Assembly (NCBI GenBank): GCA_050084985.1
Contig: JBITNC010000001.1
Span: forward strand, 196,230,001-196,294,000
Reading direction: 5' to 3'
DNA: 64,000 nucleotides
Source: Nageia nagi
Lineage: Eukaryota; Plantae; Pinophyta
Each line of letters opens with the position of its first letter. Positions within the stretch are counted from its first letter, which is position 1. Position numbers and translations under genes: made by a program. Of this stretch, positions 12,778 to 27,005 are shown piece after piece. Below the pieces are notes generated by a model. The model did no database searches. It saw only the letters and a program-made list of their open reading frames with translations, and had not been told where the DNA came from.

Positions 12778-15700
12778 ATTTTTTTTTTTTGGTAAATAAA
12801 ATTTTTCTATTAGTTTACAATATAGATACAAAGAAGACCTCATGGGAGTACAACTGCTTGAGTATCATCATGGTGGTTTATTTTGACAAAATAATAGAAG
12901 ACTATGAATTGAGAATCTAGGAAGGAGGCTACAAATATAAGTATGCTTAAATAATCTAGTGTAGTGGTAGATGAAATGGCATCTTCCTTCAGTCTAGTCG
13001 ACACTTTGGTGGCTTTGTGTGGAGATTGAAAATGGCTAGCACAAGTGACACTTATGAACATAATCAACCTTGCTTCCATTGTTTGTTTTGCTTAAACCAT
13101 AATGTTGACTTAGTGGTTGACAAGTAGGGTTCTCATCTGTGTTTTGGTAGGGCTTTGTAAAATGTTAACGTTCATGGAGAATGCAAATATTTGTGACTCA
13201 GATGGATTCTTACTTATTTACATGGATATTATTGCATCGTTGTTGATTGGAATGCTATTGCATATGGAAATTCTCAAGATTACCAAATTGGAGTGGACCC
13301 AAGGTTCCTTTTTCTAACATGGTATTATGCATATGATGCTGCCATGTAAGCCTCGGGGCTTCCCATATTGATAGGATTACATGGTCATATTTGGTTAAGA
13401 AGGTCAATTTGAGGTTTGATTCCCAGATGTGGATGAGTTGAATTTCTAATTTTTTCCATGTTGCTTCAATAAATTTTTGAGGTCATCTAAAGATTCATTG
13501 GTTTCTCTCAAACCAAATTGTCTAAAAGAGTATTGCAAATGCTACTTGCCAGATAGTATTGAAGTTTTTAGTTTTGTCAATCGGTTTCCAAGATAATAAG
13601 AGTTCAACCATGGATGAGGGGCATGATGAGTAACAAGCAAAGGATGAAAGTAATCTTCCCCATAAATGTGAAGTGAAGTTACAATGCAGTAGGAGATGTG
13701 CTCTAGTTTCTTCCATCATATCATAAAGTGAATAGAGATTAGAGCTGAGGTAAACCCCCCTTTTCATTAGATGATCTCTTGAAAGAAATTTATCAAGCAC
13801 AAAGAGCCAAAGGAAGAAAGAGGCTTTAGGCCATGCTTGTGTATGCCACACTCTATTCCAAACCAAAGGAGGGTATGGTTTTTCCAGGACCTTAATGAAA
13901 GCATGGTAGGCTAAGTACACTATGAATTGGCCTAAATTTGAGAGGGAACAAAGAATTTTATTATCCTCATTGTTATTTTTGAACTTGAATTTACCAAGAA
14001 GGTTTTCCAGTTGTTGGCCTTCATGAGAGTGCATTTCAGGTATGATATTGTTCAAAGATTTTCAACTTTTGAAGAGTTTGCCTTGCTCCTCCTCCCAAAA
14101 CCAATAATATCTCACATAGTTACCCCATGCATTTTTGAGAATGGGTTTAGTATGTTGAAATGTTATGATTGACTTAAGTGGGGTGTTGGAAAGCCATGGT
14201 TCTTCCCAAAAATGGACTTTGGAACCATCACCTATTTTCCACTACAGAAATGAAAATAAGTGGGTTCAAGCTTTCTTGAGACTATTCCAAAGAGAGGAGC
14301 CCCATGGTCAATCTTCCATTGTGAAAATTTAGAGAGGATCTTCAAAGTATAGATATTTGGATCAGATGATTTTACACCATAAAGAGTTGTATTCAATATA
14401 AATCCTTGAGATGAGTTTGCTAAGTAGGGAAATATTCATGTGCCTTAAACTTCAAATGCCAAAACCACTTGAAGCCTTTGGTGAGTAGATCATTAACCAA
14501 TCCACATGGTGAAACTTGTGTTCCTCATAATTTCCTTTCCATAAGAATTACTTCATGATCTATTTAATATTTTGTATGGTGGAGTAGGAATCTAGAAGAC
14601 ACCCATCCAAAAGATTGGAATAGAGCTCAATATGGCTTTTATTTTAACAATATAACTTGTTGTTGTGATTCATTTTACCTTCCATGAGAGCAATTTTAGC
14701 CTCACTTTGACTGTTATTTGCTCCCAAAATTCACCAAAATTACCTCCTTGTATTAAGGGCATGCCATGATATTTTTTGGGTAATGAGCTAACTTTAATGT
14801 TTGTGAGATGAGACAAGTGTCTCAATTTAGCTTCTCTAAGGTGGATGATATACAAGTGAGATCTATCAAGATTGATAGATTATTCAGAAGCTAGCTCATA
14901 TGAATGAAGAAGGCCCTTCAATTTGATTATTTCTTGGATATTTGATTTGGTGATAAGCATAGTGTCATCCAAAAATTGAGAATGAGTGATAGTTGTATCT
15001 TCATTAGTTATATTTAAACATGAAATGTGACCACTATCTAGGAGATGTTTCAGCCCTCTACTTAAAGCCTTAGCTAGGATAATGAAAAGGTATGGCAAAA
15101 TAGGGTCATCTTACCATAGCTCTCTAGAGATTTTGAAAAATGCTCAAGAGCTACCATTAATTAGAACTAAAAAGGAAGGAGTTGTGAATAGAGAAGAAAT
15201 CCATTGTATCCACTCCTCATAGAAATCAATTCTTCTCAATATTTTGATAAGAAAATCCTAGCATACCCAATCAAATGCCTTCATGTCCAACTTGAGGAGA
15301 AGACCTTATTTCTTTTATCAATGAAGAGAGTGAATAAGTTCATGAATTATTGCTACCCCATCTAGAAGATAATAGTCTTTAACAAAAACTTTTGGTCTTT
15401 GAAGATGATCTTAAGAATGACAAGCTTTATTAATCTATTTGTGGCTACTTTGAAAATAATCATATAGGTGTCATTGCAGAGATATATGGGTCTAAAGGAA
15501 TTCAAGGTTTTTGCATCCTCTATTTTGGGTATAATAATAACAAAAGTATGGTTTAGCCTGCTTAACATTTGTTTACCAGATAATGATTCTTTTACAACAT
15601 TTATGATAGTGTGTTTTAGGATATGTTATAAATGTTGGAAGAAGTTGAGGGGAAATCCATCTAATCCAAGTGCTCCATAAATTTTCATTTGGAATAAGGC

Positions 15701-18031
15701 TTGTTCAACTTCTTCATTTGAGATAGGCTTGGTGAGGAGATCATTTTGAGTAGGTGATATTAGATTTGGAATTAATTACATAAGATGGTTTTGTACCATG
15801 GATTTGTTAATTATTTCTTATGAAGTAAGGAAGTGAAGAAGGATGTGATATGCTTCTTGATCTCTTCAAGGTTGGAGAGAAGAGAGCATTAGGAGCTTCA
15901 AGAGAGGATATGTGGTTATGATCTCTATGAGCCATAGTGGTTAAGTAGAAGTATTTTGTATTTCATTCCCCTTCTTGTAGCCATCTAATTCTAGATTTTT
16001 GTTTCTAGAAAATCTCTTCTTTGAGGTAGATATCATCGAATTCTTGTGCAATTATTTTGACTTGATCAAATTGTGTTGTGACCCAAGGATTATGTATGCT
16101 TTGCTCTACTTAGAAAAATTGAGTTTCCAACTTTGCTTTGAGATAATGTATACTTCCAAATTATTCTTTATTCCATGCTTTAATTTTTCTCTTGAGCCTA
16201 TAAAGCTTAATTACAAATTCGAACATTTTGGTGCCATACAATGATGATTCTTCTTTCCACCATACCTTAATCAAATTTTCAAAATCTTTATTTTGTAGCC
16301 AAATCTTTTCAAATATAAAAGGGAGAGGATGAGGATGACCTAAATTTTCAAGATTTAAAAGGATTGGCCAATGATCTGAATGTTGATAAGAAATAAATTC
16401 ATACTAATAAAGAATATCTTTTTCAAGTCAATTTGTGGTTATGAGAAAATGGTCCAATTTTTCAAGAACCCTCTATGAAGCTGAACACTTATTTTTCCAT
16501 GTATAAATCCATGTAGCATAATAAGGTTCATGAAATTTTGCTTCATCTATAAAAGTGTTGAATCCATGTGATTTTTATTTCAATTTTCTTGTACCTCCTT
16601 GCTTTTCATGTAGATGACAAATGGTATTAAAATCACCACCTAAGATACAATGGATGTCATACTGAAGAGATATCCATTAGGAAAGTTAAGACCATAAAGA
16701 TAATTGATCTTTCTAACTCTGGGGTGTAAATGTTGATAAGGAAGAAGGCACAACTAGATTGAAAGAAACAAAATTGGGTTATTAGCTAAGAGGGTTGAGA
16801 AGAGATCATGGACCATGTAACTTTAGAGCTATTCCAAAGATTGAGAATTCCCCTTTCTCTATCAACTAAATCACAAAAGGCTGTGGAACTCCTTGGCCAA
16901 ATTTTCTATTTGATCCTACTTATTTCACGTTCAACTAGCTTTGATTCTTGAATGCAAACAATTATGGGCTACTCTTGCTTGACTAATGAGCTCACATACC
17001 TGATGGTTTGGGGATCTTGAAATCCCCTAATGTTCCATGAGAATATCTTCATTGAGAAATGTTGGAATTTTTCCATACTAGCAGGTCCTCCAATAAGGCT
17101 TGTAATCCATATTCAATACTTTTCATTACATTCTATATTCAAATTTATTGATTGGATTTACTACATTGACACTTATGTTGACCTCCCATGGTGGCTTTGA
17201 TCTTGTTTAGTGTTTGGAAGATTGTTGGTTTCTTTTTCTTTATGTCTAAGTGCTAAGAAGGGTTACTAGGAAATATCAACCAGTCCATGAGTGGAAATTA
17301 TTTTAGTTTGAAGCTTCGACCATGTTAAGATCCATTAGATGGATATGTTGTAGCTAGGATTCATCAAGTTGTTAGTGATGTGAGACTATGGGGTTTTTAT
17401 TATTGTTAGGGTTTTGGTTTAAGGAAGTGTTTTTATTGATATGGGGAGGCTCTATAGAAGGATTCATGTGGTTATTTGGAATAAAAAAGGCTAAAAAATA
17501 ACCATGGGAGTATTTGCTAATAATTACACCTTCATTTAGGTTCTATTTCTTATTGTCCCAATATTCAATTGCTAGAAGGTGAGGTCAGATGCCTATGAAA
17601 TGATAGATCAAGCCTTTAGATTCTAAATCCTTGATCTTGTTACTAATACCAAAGCATTTGATACAGATGATTAAGCATTATTTCATTATATGTAGGCATA
17701 ACATATCATTCTTTATATGTTCTGGAGCAAGGGTGAGAAAAGATCATGTTTGCATGTTTGGGATGGGACTCCATCCTAGGGGGGATGATGCATTTTATAG
17801 CAACATATTGGTAAGAAAATTTTAGATGGGATAGGGACCCCCCTTTGGGGTTGTTTACCATTCACTATGACATCATAATAACTTGTCTTGCATGATATGA
17901 GGCTAGAGGATGGTGAATCGATTGTTATTTGTAATCAAAATCTTACAAGAAATACCAAACATATATTGTGCACTCTAAAACTAGTATTAACTCCTTGAGA
18001 CTATGTATCTTATCTTTGATTCTTAGATACA
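12778..18031 (-). mobile_element. L1-clade LINE, both ends present, decayed (ORF1 remnant; ORF2 endonuclease-RT-zf-RVT; poly-A tail)
   Basis: ORF2 start MKIFSWNIRG (ATG at 17052); RT motifs (LNHTFVIIIPK...FRPI.LCN; PYLFIILAKALSR...THSQFLDDT); zf-RVT (VWHTQAWPKASFFLW...EETRAHLLLHCNF); DUF4283-like ORF1 fragment ~17500-17650; T run 12779-12790; TSD TATGATATACCT at 12766-12777 and 18032-18043. Confidence 0.9.
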
Positions 18032-19070
18032 TATGATATACCTCTTTGATTATAACATCATCCTTGAATAACACCAATGATATAACATTAGCATTTAAAA
18101 TCCCTTGTAAAGATTCTTAACTTTTCAAACTTTATTGCTTTATATTTTGGAATGATTATGTATGATCCTTTTATAAGATTACAAATAATTTTGAATCAAA
18201 TCACAATCCATGCATATGAGAAAGTGCAAATTTGATCCCTTTATCATATAAACTACTATAGGTAAATATTTAAGTTGATTTTCAAATGCTTAAAGTGTTT
18301 GACTAAGTTCATTGAAGTGAATCAAACCAACATAAAAAAATATATGAACTAACCCATGCATTGGAAAATATGTCTTTAAGTCCAAAATATGTGAAGTTTA
18401 AGTTTTAGAGACAAGTTAATAAATATTTTCATTTACCTCTTAAGGTTAAGTAAAACCAAAGTAGAGAATATGTTTGATCTAAAAAGGATACTTAAGTAAT
18501 ATAAGGATATAATCTCCAACCTTCTTGCTTGAAGTCCCTTGTGAAATCCATGTAACTAGGTAGTTATTAAAAAACTATTATACTCACTTGTCCTTTTATC
18601 AAACTATAACAATAACAATTGATGTTTTCAATGTATATTTCTCCTATGATATCAAAATGAGGTGATCCAAAATCTCATAGAATCAATACTTAAAGGTTTA
18701 TAACCCATAGGAAAAAATTAAAATACATATTAATCCAAAATAATATATCATCACAATAATATCCCAATAATTAGTAATATAGAGTGTTTTGACCATATAT
18801 TCTTTATATAAGAATAAAAACATGTGATTCCAATTACATATTAAAGTAAACTCAAGTTTGTTTCTACCATAGAAATAACTTTTAAGAAAATATTGAACTA
18901 GTCTTTCAATTTTGAGGAAAAGTAAATTATTATCTAAAACAAATTAGATATTGAAAATTTCACCATAATTTTCTTATTTGATAACAAAATCATATGATTC
19001 AAACTATATTTGAAAGTAATTCAAATCTATAAAATCTAAAAACTACTTTATCCATAATATTAACTAGATC

Positions 19071-19075
<5 letters not shown>

Positions 19076-19110
<35 letters not shown>
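19076..19110. repeat. (TA)n microsatellite
   Basis: Direct reading. Confidence 0.95.
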
Positions 19111-19112
<2 letters not shown>

Positions 19113-19565
19113 ATCTCAAACATGGTAAGAAATTTACATAGTAAGCATTATTTTTATAGTAAATAAAATATTTATGAAATTATTTTACTATTATAGTGAT
19201 GTTAAATAGGGATTTTAGACTTTAGTAGTAAATTTACCTTTATTATCCGTAATCGAAATATTCATTTTACAACTTATTTCTAATATGTTACTTATATATT
19301 TGGAGGTAATTTTGAAAGCATACTTAATCCTCAAGAAGTGATGCTAATAACTCCAAAAATTACATAATAAAAAGGAGAAGGCTATCCTTTATCCAAATTT
19401 AACCATATACCCCTAAAGTTTATGTAACAATTACCACCACCTCATTGTACAATCTGACATCACTCTATCTCTCAACCATATACCCTAGAATTTATGTGCA
19501 TATACACCCAAAGTTTATATGTTCATAATATACAAAAATTGAAACTTTCATTACATATTATTTTC

Positions 19566-19641
19566 AACTCAATGGCATACTAGTTAGTGCATTACATCTT
19601 GAAATTGGTGACCCATGTTCGAATCTCGCCTAGACCTTTTT
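19566..19641 (+). pseudogene. tRNA-Gln-like relic / SINE-head-like Pol III sequence
   Basis: ATGGCATACTAGTTAGTGCATTACATCTTGAAATTGGTGACCCATGTTCGAATCTCGCCTAGACC followed by TTTTT; A-box-like region, B box GTTCGAATC, colinear with plant tRNA-Gln but stems are broken. Confidence 0.55.
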
Positions 19642-19676
19642 CATTAACACTTTGAAATTTTGGGGTCCATATTTTT

Positions 19677-21765
19677 TGAAGAAATTAACCCTTTGTGAAT
19701 TAATTTCTTATCTCCTAAGATCTCAAGAAGGCACTTTCAACATCAATACAATAGCATAATAACTAAAGCCAAGCACATAAATAACATAAGATATAAAGTT
19801 CTTCCTTCCTTCTTAGGAGTACATCCACTAACTAAGATCTTATTCTCAAAGACCTCTTGTTCAAAATCTGTTCTCTCTCACACACTCTAAACCTATAGCA
19901 AAGCTTGCATTACAATTTTGTAACTAGAGAAGGGAAGGGTTCTTCTCTTATATAAAGAAGAAATCCAATCTATAATTGATCCCTTTTCTATTTTTAATCC
20001 TTTACCTATTTTTAAACTTATACCTATTTTTAATCTTTCTCCTATTTTCATTCCTTTAATAATTTAAGGTATCTAATGATACTTTAAGTATTAAGTGAAT
20101 TTACATTAAAGAGAAATATTACACAATATTACATTACAAATTCTAACACTCCCCCTTAATGTAATATTAGGATGGAGCATAGAGAGAAGAAGAAAGATAG
20201 AGTAAAAGAGAGTTCTCCTCCAAAGAGATACAAGCAGAGATGAGAACTTTTACATCATTGATAAACAAGTAAGATCTTAGTTTGAGACTCATTACAATAC
20301 CATTTAACAAAATGGTTTACAATACAATCATTAACCATAATTGGTTTCACTATAAGTGTAGTCGATCAACTCTCAGTTGACATATGAGCATCGATAAGCC
20401 TGCCCACATGAAGTAACATGCACTCTCAAGATGAAACCTGCAAGGTACAAGTAGCTCATAAACAAGATTAGTTAGATGCATCATATAACATTCATATCAA
20501 TCACAAGATAAATGAACTAAGTAATACCATCTATAAACTAATCAATGATGCACTATAAGTCATCACAAAGATGCCAAGCCAATACTTTTATTCATCTACT
20601 ATATATATAAATATGTGTTGATCAACAATAAAAAAGTATATGCACATATATAAGTTACTCACATATGGGTAACCAAATAGTGCTAACAAACACATACTAA
20701 TTCCTCTCATAGTGATAACAAAATAAAATGTACCATGAGTTCCTCACATAGAGAAAACTAACAATGAAGGTGTACAATTAGATCAACAATAAAAAATAGC
20801 CTCCTAGGGATGAAGTTATCATCAAAACCATGAATACAACCTTCACTTCCCCTTGAGGAAAGCTTCACTAGTATAAGAAAATTTGAATATGTGCACAACA
20901 AAGTTTCTAAGGTGGCTAATGAATAAATCAAGAGAGACAAATTCAGATGTACAGAGCTATAGTTGTTGCATCAAAAACTTTCTCCTTGATATAATGTGCT
21001 TGTATTTAAGGTGCACTATAAGTCATCATTAAGATGCTAAGCCCATACTTATAGTCACCAAACAAAGGAATGTACAAACAAAGTATACAAACTAAATAAA
21101 AATTCAAAAACTTTATTAAGAAGGAAGAAATTACAATGGATTCAATAAGAATTCAACATTTATTCATTTTTTTAGGGCAACTTCACCAACCCAATAGACT
21201 CCCTAATCTTATAGAATTGAGATTTAGGAATGGGCTTGGTGAACAAATCAATAGAGTTTAGGATTTATGGACAATACTACAAGTGTAGAATACCATCTAG
21301 AACCTTCTCTTTGATGAAGTGGGATTGGATTTCTACATGCTTTATTCTCTAATGGAAAATAAGATTCTTTATCAAAGTAATTATTGATTGATTATATAAA
21401 TAAATTTAATATGGATGAACTTATTCATACCTTATTTCTTTTAGAATATGCCTTAACCAAATGGCTTCCTAGGCTGCAACTGACATTGCACAATATTCAT
21501 CTTCAATGGTGGAGAGAGAACTAGTTGGCTACTTCTTGGATGCCTAAGAGATAGCACTTGAACCAATGCTAAACACATAAGTAGAGGTTGATATTATGTC
21601 ATCTCTATCTCCCCCATAGTTAGAATATGAGAATCCTGATAGAACAAATGAGGGCAACTTTTCATAATTGAGAGCAAGATCCTTAGTGCCCACAACATAC
21701 CTCAAAATTTGCTTAACAGCATTAAAGTCCTCAATATATGGTTTTTGCATAAAATGAGCTATCAT
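19677..21765 (-). mobile_element. 3' fragment of a Ty1/Copia element (RT end, RNase H, long 3' non-coding region, PPT, 3' LTR ~19677-20148) inside the MULE
   Basis: AVKQILRYVVGT...SGFSYSNYGGDRDD..STSTYVFSIGSSAIS; PPT TTAAGGGGGAG next to TGTTAGA on minus strand at 20148. Left LTR boundary is approximate. Confidence 0.75.
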
Positions 21766-22399
21766 ATATGCCTAGAATTAATGTATTAAACCTTATATAC
21801 ACCTAAAATTTATGAATAAACTTGATATGTGCCCATAATTTATGCATTAACCTCATATACATCCAAAATTTATGCATAATCTACCATTGCCTCACTACTC
21901 TACCCTTTGTTCCCTTGTTGCTAAACTCTAGGTGTATATGGTTGAATTTAGTTGGAGGATAACCTTATCCTAATAAAAATATTCCTTTAGATATTTTACA
22001 TAAAGTATTTTTGTGTTTATTACCTTACTTGCAACAACAACAAAAATATATGTTAGTTAAATATTTATGAATTTAAGATTTTACACTTACCACTATGATT
22101 AGAATAGTATGCACTAATGAACTAAAAGGTTGCATAAGTATCATCGATATTAAATTAAGTAAATACAACTAAAAGGAAAATGAAGAACTTCATATATGCT
22201 TCTCTAATCCTCCCTTTGATAGGTACAAATATGTATATTAATTTTAGAAATATAAATAATAATATTTAATGTATGGTAAATAAATTTCCAATATATGAAA
22301 TCATGCAGGTAAATTTATTATTTATAATGATTTGTTTATAAATTATTTATAATGATTTGTTTATAATTTTTTTGTTATTTTTCATTTTCTTTTTTATAA

Positions 22400-22982
22400 T
22401 AAAATTTACAATTTGTGAGATAAATTAAATCTTTAGAAAGTTATAGGTTTTTAATTAGTTTTTGTTATTACACTTTTTACACTTTATTTTAACTCTTTAA
22501 AATAGATGGTTCAAAAATTTAGAGTCATTTAATATAAGTAATAAAGAAAATAAATGTTAATATCCATTTTAGTTATTATGAGATTGGTAATGATGAGATG
22601 TTGAATAGGGATATATCATATCACAATAATGTAGGATTGATATATTCAAATTGATAAGTAGTAAGGGGCCATAAAAATGTATATATAATATACAAATAAA
22701 TGATGATAACTTGTCTATATTATGATGTACTTATTTAACTATAATAAGATTATTTAATAATGCCAATGATATAACATTAGTATTTAGAGTCCCCAGTAAA
22801 TATTCTTAGCTCTTGAAATTCTATATAAATATATTTTGAATTTACTAAGAGTGATCTTATATCATTACAAGTCTAATTTTAATTCGAATCTCTAACCATG
22901 CATATGAAAAGTATAAAATTAACATGTGTATAATGCAAATCAACTTAGATGAATCTAAATAAAAATTTAAATTTTTAAAGTG
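22400..22982. repeat. Uninterrupted paralog of the repeat into which the LINE inserted (homologous to 12480-12777 + 18032-18300)
   Basis: Colinear shared blocks TTTGTGAGATAAATTA, CAAATAAATG.TGAT, TATGAT.TAC.T.TTT, CCAATGATATAACATTAG, CCATGCATATGA.AAG. Confidence 0.75.
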
Positions 22983-24450
22983 TGTTGTAACCGAAATAAT
23001 AATTATTAGGGTTATTTAATAATATTCAATTCAACCACTTAATCATGAAATAATAGTAAATAGTAGTAGCACAAACGATGAAAATGATTTGATTAATGCA
23101 ATTATCCTTAACCTATAAAACTAGATTAACAAAATATATAAACTTGTACTTTACCTACCATGATAAATGGAAGAGATATTCATTTTAGAGGGGACAAACA
23201 ATGAGCTTCTTTGAAATATAGAGATACCAATATGACCTCAACTTAGTGATGGTGCTAGGATCCCAATGATGTCACTCAACTAGCATTCCGTTTTGCCTTT
23301 CCCTTTTGTTTGATATCATCATCACACCTTCGATGCTTAGAATATCATGCACAAATGGGTTTGAAAGATTATAGAAATGCAAATTTCAGTATATAAAAAA
23401 ATCTAGATATGAGAGGTGTCATTGATAAACACCAATAAAGAATGACATAAGTATATTACCACCTATCAAGGATTCCATATCATGTCATGATATCTCATGC
23501 ATAACCCTTCCATATTTATAAATATTAGGTCTAATGCCAAGGCTCCTCCTTGGGCTAATGGTGCACATGGGAAAAGATTGCTTATTGTGCTTATCTTTAG
23601 ATTGAATCATTATCATAAAACATAAAGGTAGATAAGAGTGCACGATGATAAGAGCATTTATTTAATTAAATAAATAAATTATTTCAAATACCTAAAATGT
23701 ATTTTAATTATATTAAAATTCCTTTTTAAGTGTTAATAGATGCCCCACTTTTAATATGATTTGATTCTTTTAGGAAAAAAAGAAATCAAAACATAAATTC
23801 AAAGTATAACAAGATAAGTAAGAAGATACTCCTTGAAAGATTTCTTCATGATGGTAGCTTTGGATGCCTTGATTTTCACCAATGTAATGCCCCTCTTTGG
23901 CTTGGTTGCAATATGATCAACCTCTCATCATAAGAGAAATCCAAGGTAAAGATAAAGGAACCTGTAAACAAATTAGACAAGATACATTTTCGTGTAAGAT
24001 ATCTCAAATATAGATATTAAACATGTAAAATGTGTAAAGGATAAAATATCAAACCTATCCTTGGTGACTTACTCACCAAGATTCTCAGTGCCTCAACATG
24101 ATGATGAGGGTTTGCCAATTTATGTGATAGAATTGGATCTCAAAGTAACCATATTCCCATGGATTTTGATAAGGTTATCCCTCCCTTACAAAGAGACCAA
24201 TTATAAGCATGATATGATAAATATGATATGAAAATATAGATTATGATAAATATTTATTGCAATATCAGAGATACCATTTTACGAAAGAGTAACAAATTAT
24301 GTAGATTACCTTCACTTACCCTTATGGAGAAGTACCATTTACAAAAAATAGTTGATTCACCTTTTGTTAATGAAATGACACCACTCAAAACCTAGCAATG
24401 TCATTGGGATTTCTCTCTTAATTTCTTGCAATTTTAGTTATAATAAACAA
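22983..24450 (-). mobile_element. Truncated copy of the Tat/Ogre-like family: 3' LTR (22983-23738), PPT and part of 3' internal region
   Basis: LTR TGTTGTAACCGAAATAATAATTATTAGG...AAAATTCCTTTTTAAGTGTTAATA homologous to 36261-36987; PPT (GATGCCCCACTTT on +) and downstream region homologous to 36988-37600. Right boundary approximate. Confidence 0.8.
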
Positions 24451-26814
24451 AAATAATAGGTATAATGTTAAAAAGATTAAACATAGAATCATTTTAGATA
24501 CATAACATTTAATATCTCATATAAAACTTATTATCTCATCATATCATTGGATTATCACATAATTATCAAACTAATTTTGTTGATTCTAACTCACTTTTTT
24601 CATTCATCTCCATATATCTGACCTCCTAAACTTTTTCTATTTCAAAATTTTCTTTATTTTTAGAGCGATGTCATTGGGGTTCCTCCTCTATGGAATGATA
24701 TCGCCCTATTTTTTGTGAACAATGCATACTACCAAACTTTTTGAATTCTTCCCAAACATTGTTATCATAAAAATTTCCTACCCTTGGGCCTATATTAGTC
24801 TCTGCAACCTATTCTTGCTCTTTTTGTTTAACTAATTCTTCTTGGTCTTTCTAATTTTCCTTATTTGGTACTTTAGTATTCATGAAGGTAATTTTTGTTA
24901 TTTGTGAGAATTCATCTACTCAAATATGATAGTATACATTTGTAACCACTTCTCATGGTTACTTCTAGATATTCCAAGAAATGGACTCTATAAAAAACTA
25001 AATTTAATTTTCATATTTATTTATATACTAAATTTAAGTTTCTAGAAATCACTTATTATTTAAAGGGAATATATATAAAGTGAATTCAAATTTTAAAATC
25101 TAAGTTTAGCTAATCCAAATAAAATTATTTTTATGGAATATGAGAGGTAAGAGAAAAGTCATTTCAAATAATCTACCTTCTTGATGAAAAGCTTTTGAAT
25201 TGGCAATATCCCTTGATGCATAAATCCATCAAGCTCACCATGATCATGAATTTGAACTTAAATTATTGAATAATCCATCATAATATATTTATACTATATC
25301 AAAATTCATTTCATATATAAAAAAATTCAATCCCTATCAAAGCATATAAATAGTAGTTTTGAGGTCTTGAAATCATATTATAGCCTTTGCAACTTTTAAA
25401 AACCTATAATATTATAAGAATAATACTATAATTGAATTTGATATATCTTATATTTATTACTTTTAGGTATCGAATGTATGCTTCAATTTGTTCCTTCATT
25501 TATTTAATTTTAGTCACTAACATATGGGTGAAAACCTGATTGTAATCAAGGTTGGTCCTAGCCATATGAAATATCTAAGATAAGCATAAAAATCCATCCA
25601 AAATCTTAGTATGGAGAAATCATTTGAAAGAGGTTATAAATATTATACAAGGAGTTAGATACTTCAAAATTATATGCATAAGTATTATTTTTTATGTAAT
25701 CATATGCTAGATCTAAAACTACTATCTTATGTTCCCTAGAACTAAAATTGTGTAATGTTTATAATACATAAAATAAAATAAGAAATATCATATTTTTGAT
25801 ATGATTGGGGAAATCCAAAACACCTTTTTGATTCAAGAGTGTAACCTCTTGAGAAACACAAAGGGATCAAAAATTTAAACCAAAAACTTACCTCAATCAA
25901 GAATGGATAAATTATAGTTATTATTAATGAAATGCAATACCAATTACAATTCCTTTTATATTGTTTTTTAATATATGAATTATAATTAAATTTTAATGAG
26001 ATTTTCTCACTATAAAAATATTCTTAACCATATTATACCTACTTGTTCAAGGTTGTAGATATTTTATATGAACCTATCTAAGGTAACCAAACTAAAGAAT
26101 AAATGGAATATGATTTAAGCTAACTATAATTTAGAAAACATATCTAATCATATTCTAATTATGTTAAAATATTGGAGAGAATAATATAAGATATTTTCAT
26201 ATTTATAATTAAATTATTTTTCAAATATTTATAATGGATCTATTTTTTATTCCCTATTAATATATTATTATCGAATAAATGAAGGACATAAAATGGTTAA
26301 GAACTGAAAATAACAACTTGAGCTATTTTTGAAAAGTTGATAATTTAAAAGAATAGGATCAAGGTTAGCCTTGTAGCCTAAAATAGGGTTGATTTTGATC
26401 CTATTTTAGGGTTGTTAATGGATTTTTTCATGTGATTACATATCATAAAGAGATACAACCATCATGAGAAAAGAAAGAAAGAATATGAAATACTCTATTG
26501 ATTTGATTATTGGTGAACTTTGGGTACCCATTTTGAAAGGTTATTTAATTCCCCCTCTTTTCATTAATTTTTGTAATTATAAGCTTAAACATAGAGTGGA
26601 AAGAATCAAGGAAATGAACCTATATAATATATAGAAAATATATCCAAAAATGATAACATAGATATATCTCATAGAGAATGCATTGTGAGTAGGAGCAAAG
26701 ATGAAATCAACAAAATATATAGCATTGAAAAATATTTCACCATATGTGATGCTTAATTCCTCAAGAATCAAAGGTAAATAAGAAAAATATGGTACTTAAT
26801 ACCTTTCTTACCAA

Positions 26815-27005
26815 TGGGAGTGATGGTTTATACCTCAACCATAAAAAGGAATAAAACATAAAAGTGATGGTTAATGTCCCAAACAAAAAAGAGAGTGATG
26901 GTTAATGCCCTAACAAAAAAAGAGAGTTATGCTTAATACCCAAACCAATAAAGGAACTAAAATAAAAAAAGTGATGATTCCTAACCATCAAAAGAAACCA
27001 AAATA
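26815..27005. repeat. Degenerate minisatellite (~5 units of AGTGATGGTTAATRCCC.AAC.AAAAA)
   Basis: Motif recurs at ~26819, 26863, 26894, 26925, 26970. Confidence 0.7.

Larger units (their letters stand above)
19374..21970. mobile_element. Non-autonomous Mutator-like element (MULE) with ~50-bp TIRs and subterminal repeats
   Basis: Left GGAGAAGGCTATCCTTTATCCAAATTTAACCATATACCCCTAAAGTTTA vs reverse complement of right end GGATAAGGTTATCCTCCAACTAAATTCAACCATATACACCTAGAGTTTA; 9-bp TSD TAATAAAAA (19365-19373, 21971-21979); ~33-bp TIR-derived repeats at 19475-19520 and 21762-21880. Confidence 0.85.

Noticed and set aside
19566-19641. Functional tRNA gene
   Set aside because: Acceptor and anticodon stems do not pair; kept only as a relic.
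26815-27005. CRISPR-like array
   Set aside because: Eukaryotic context, degenerate units, no unique regular spacers, no cas genes.
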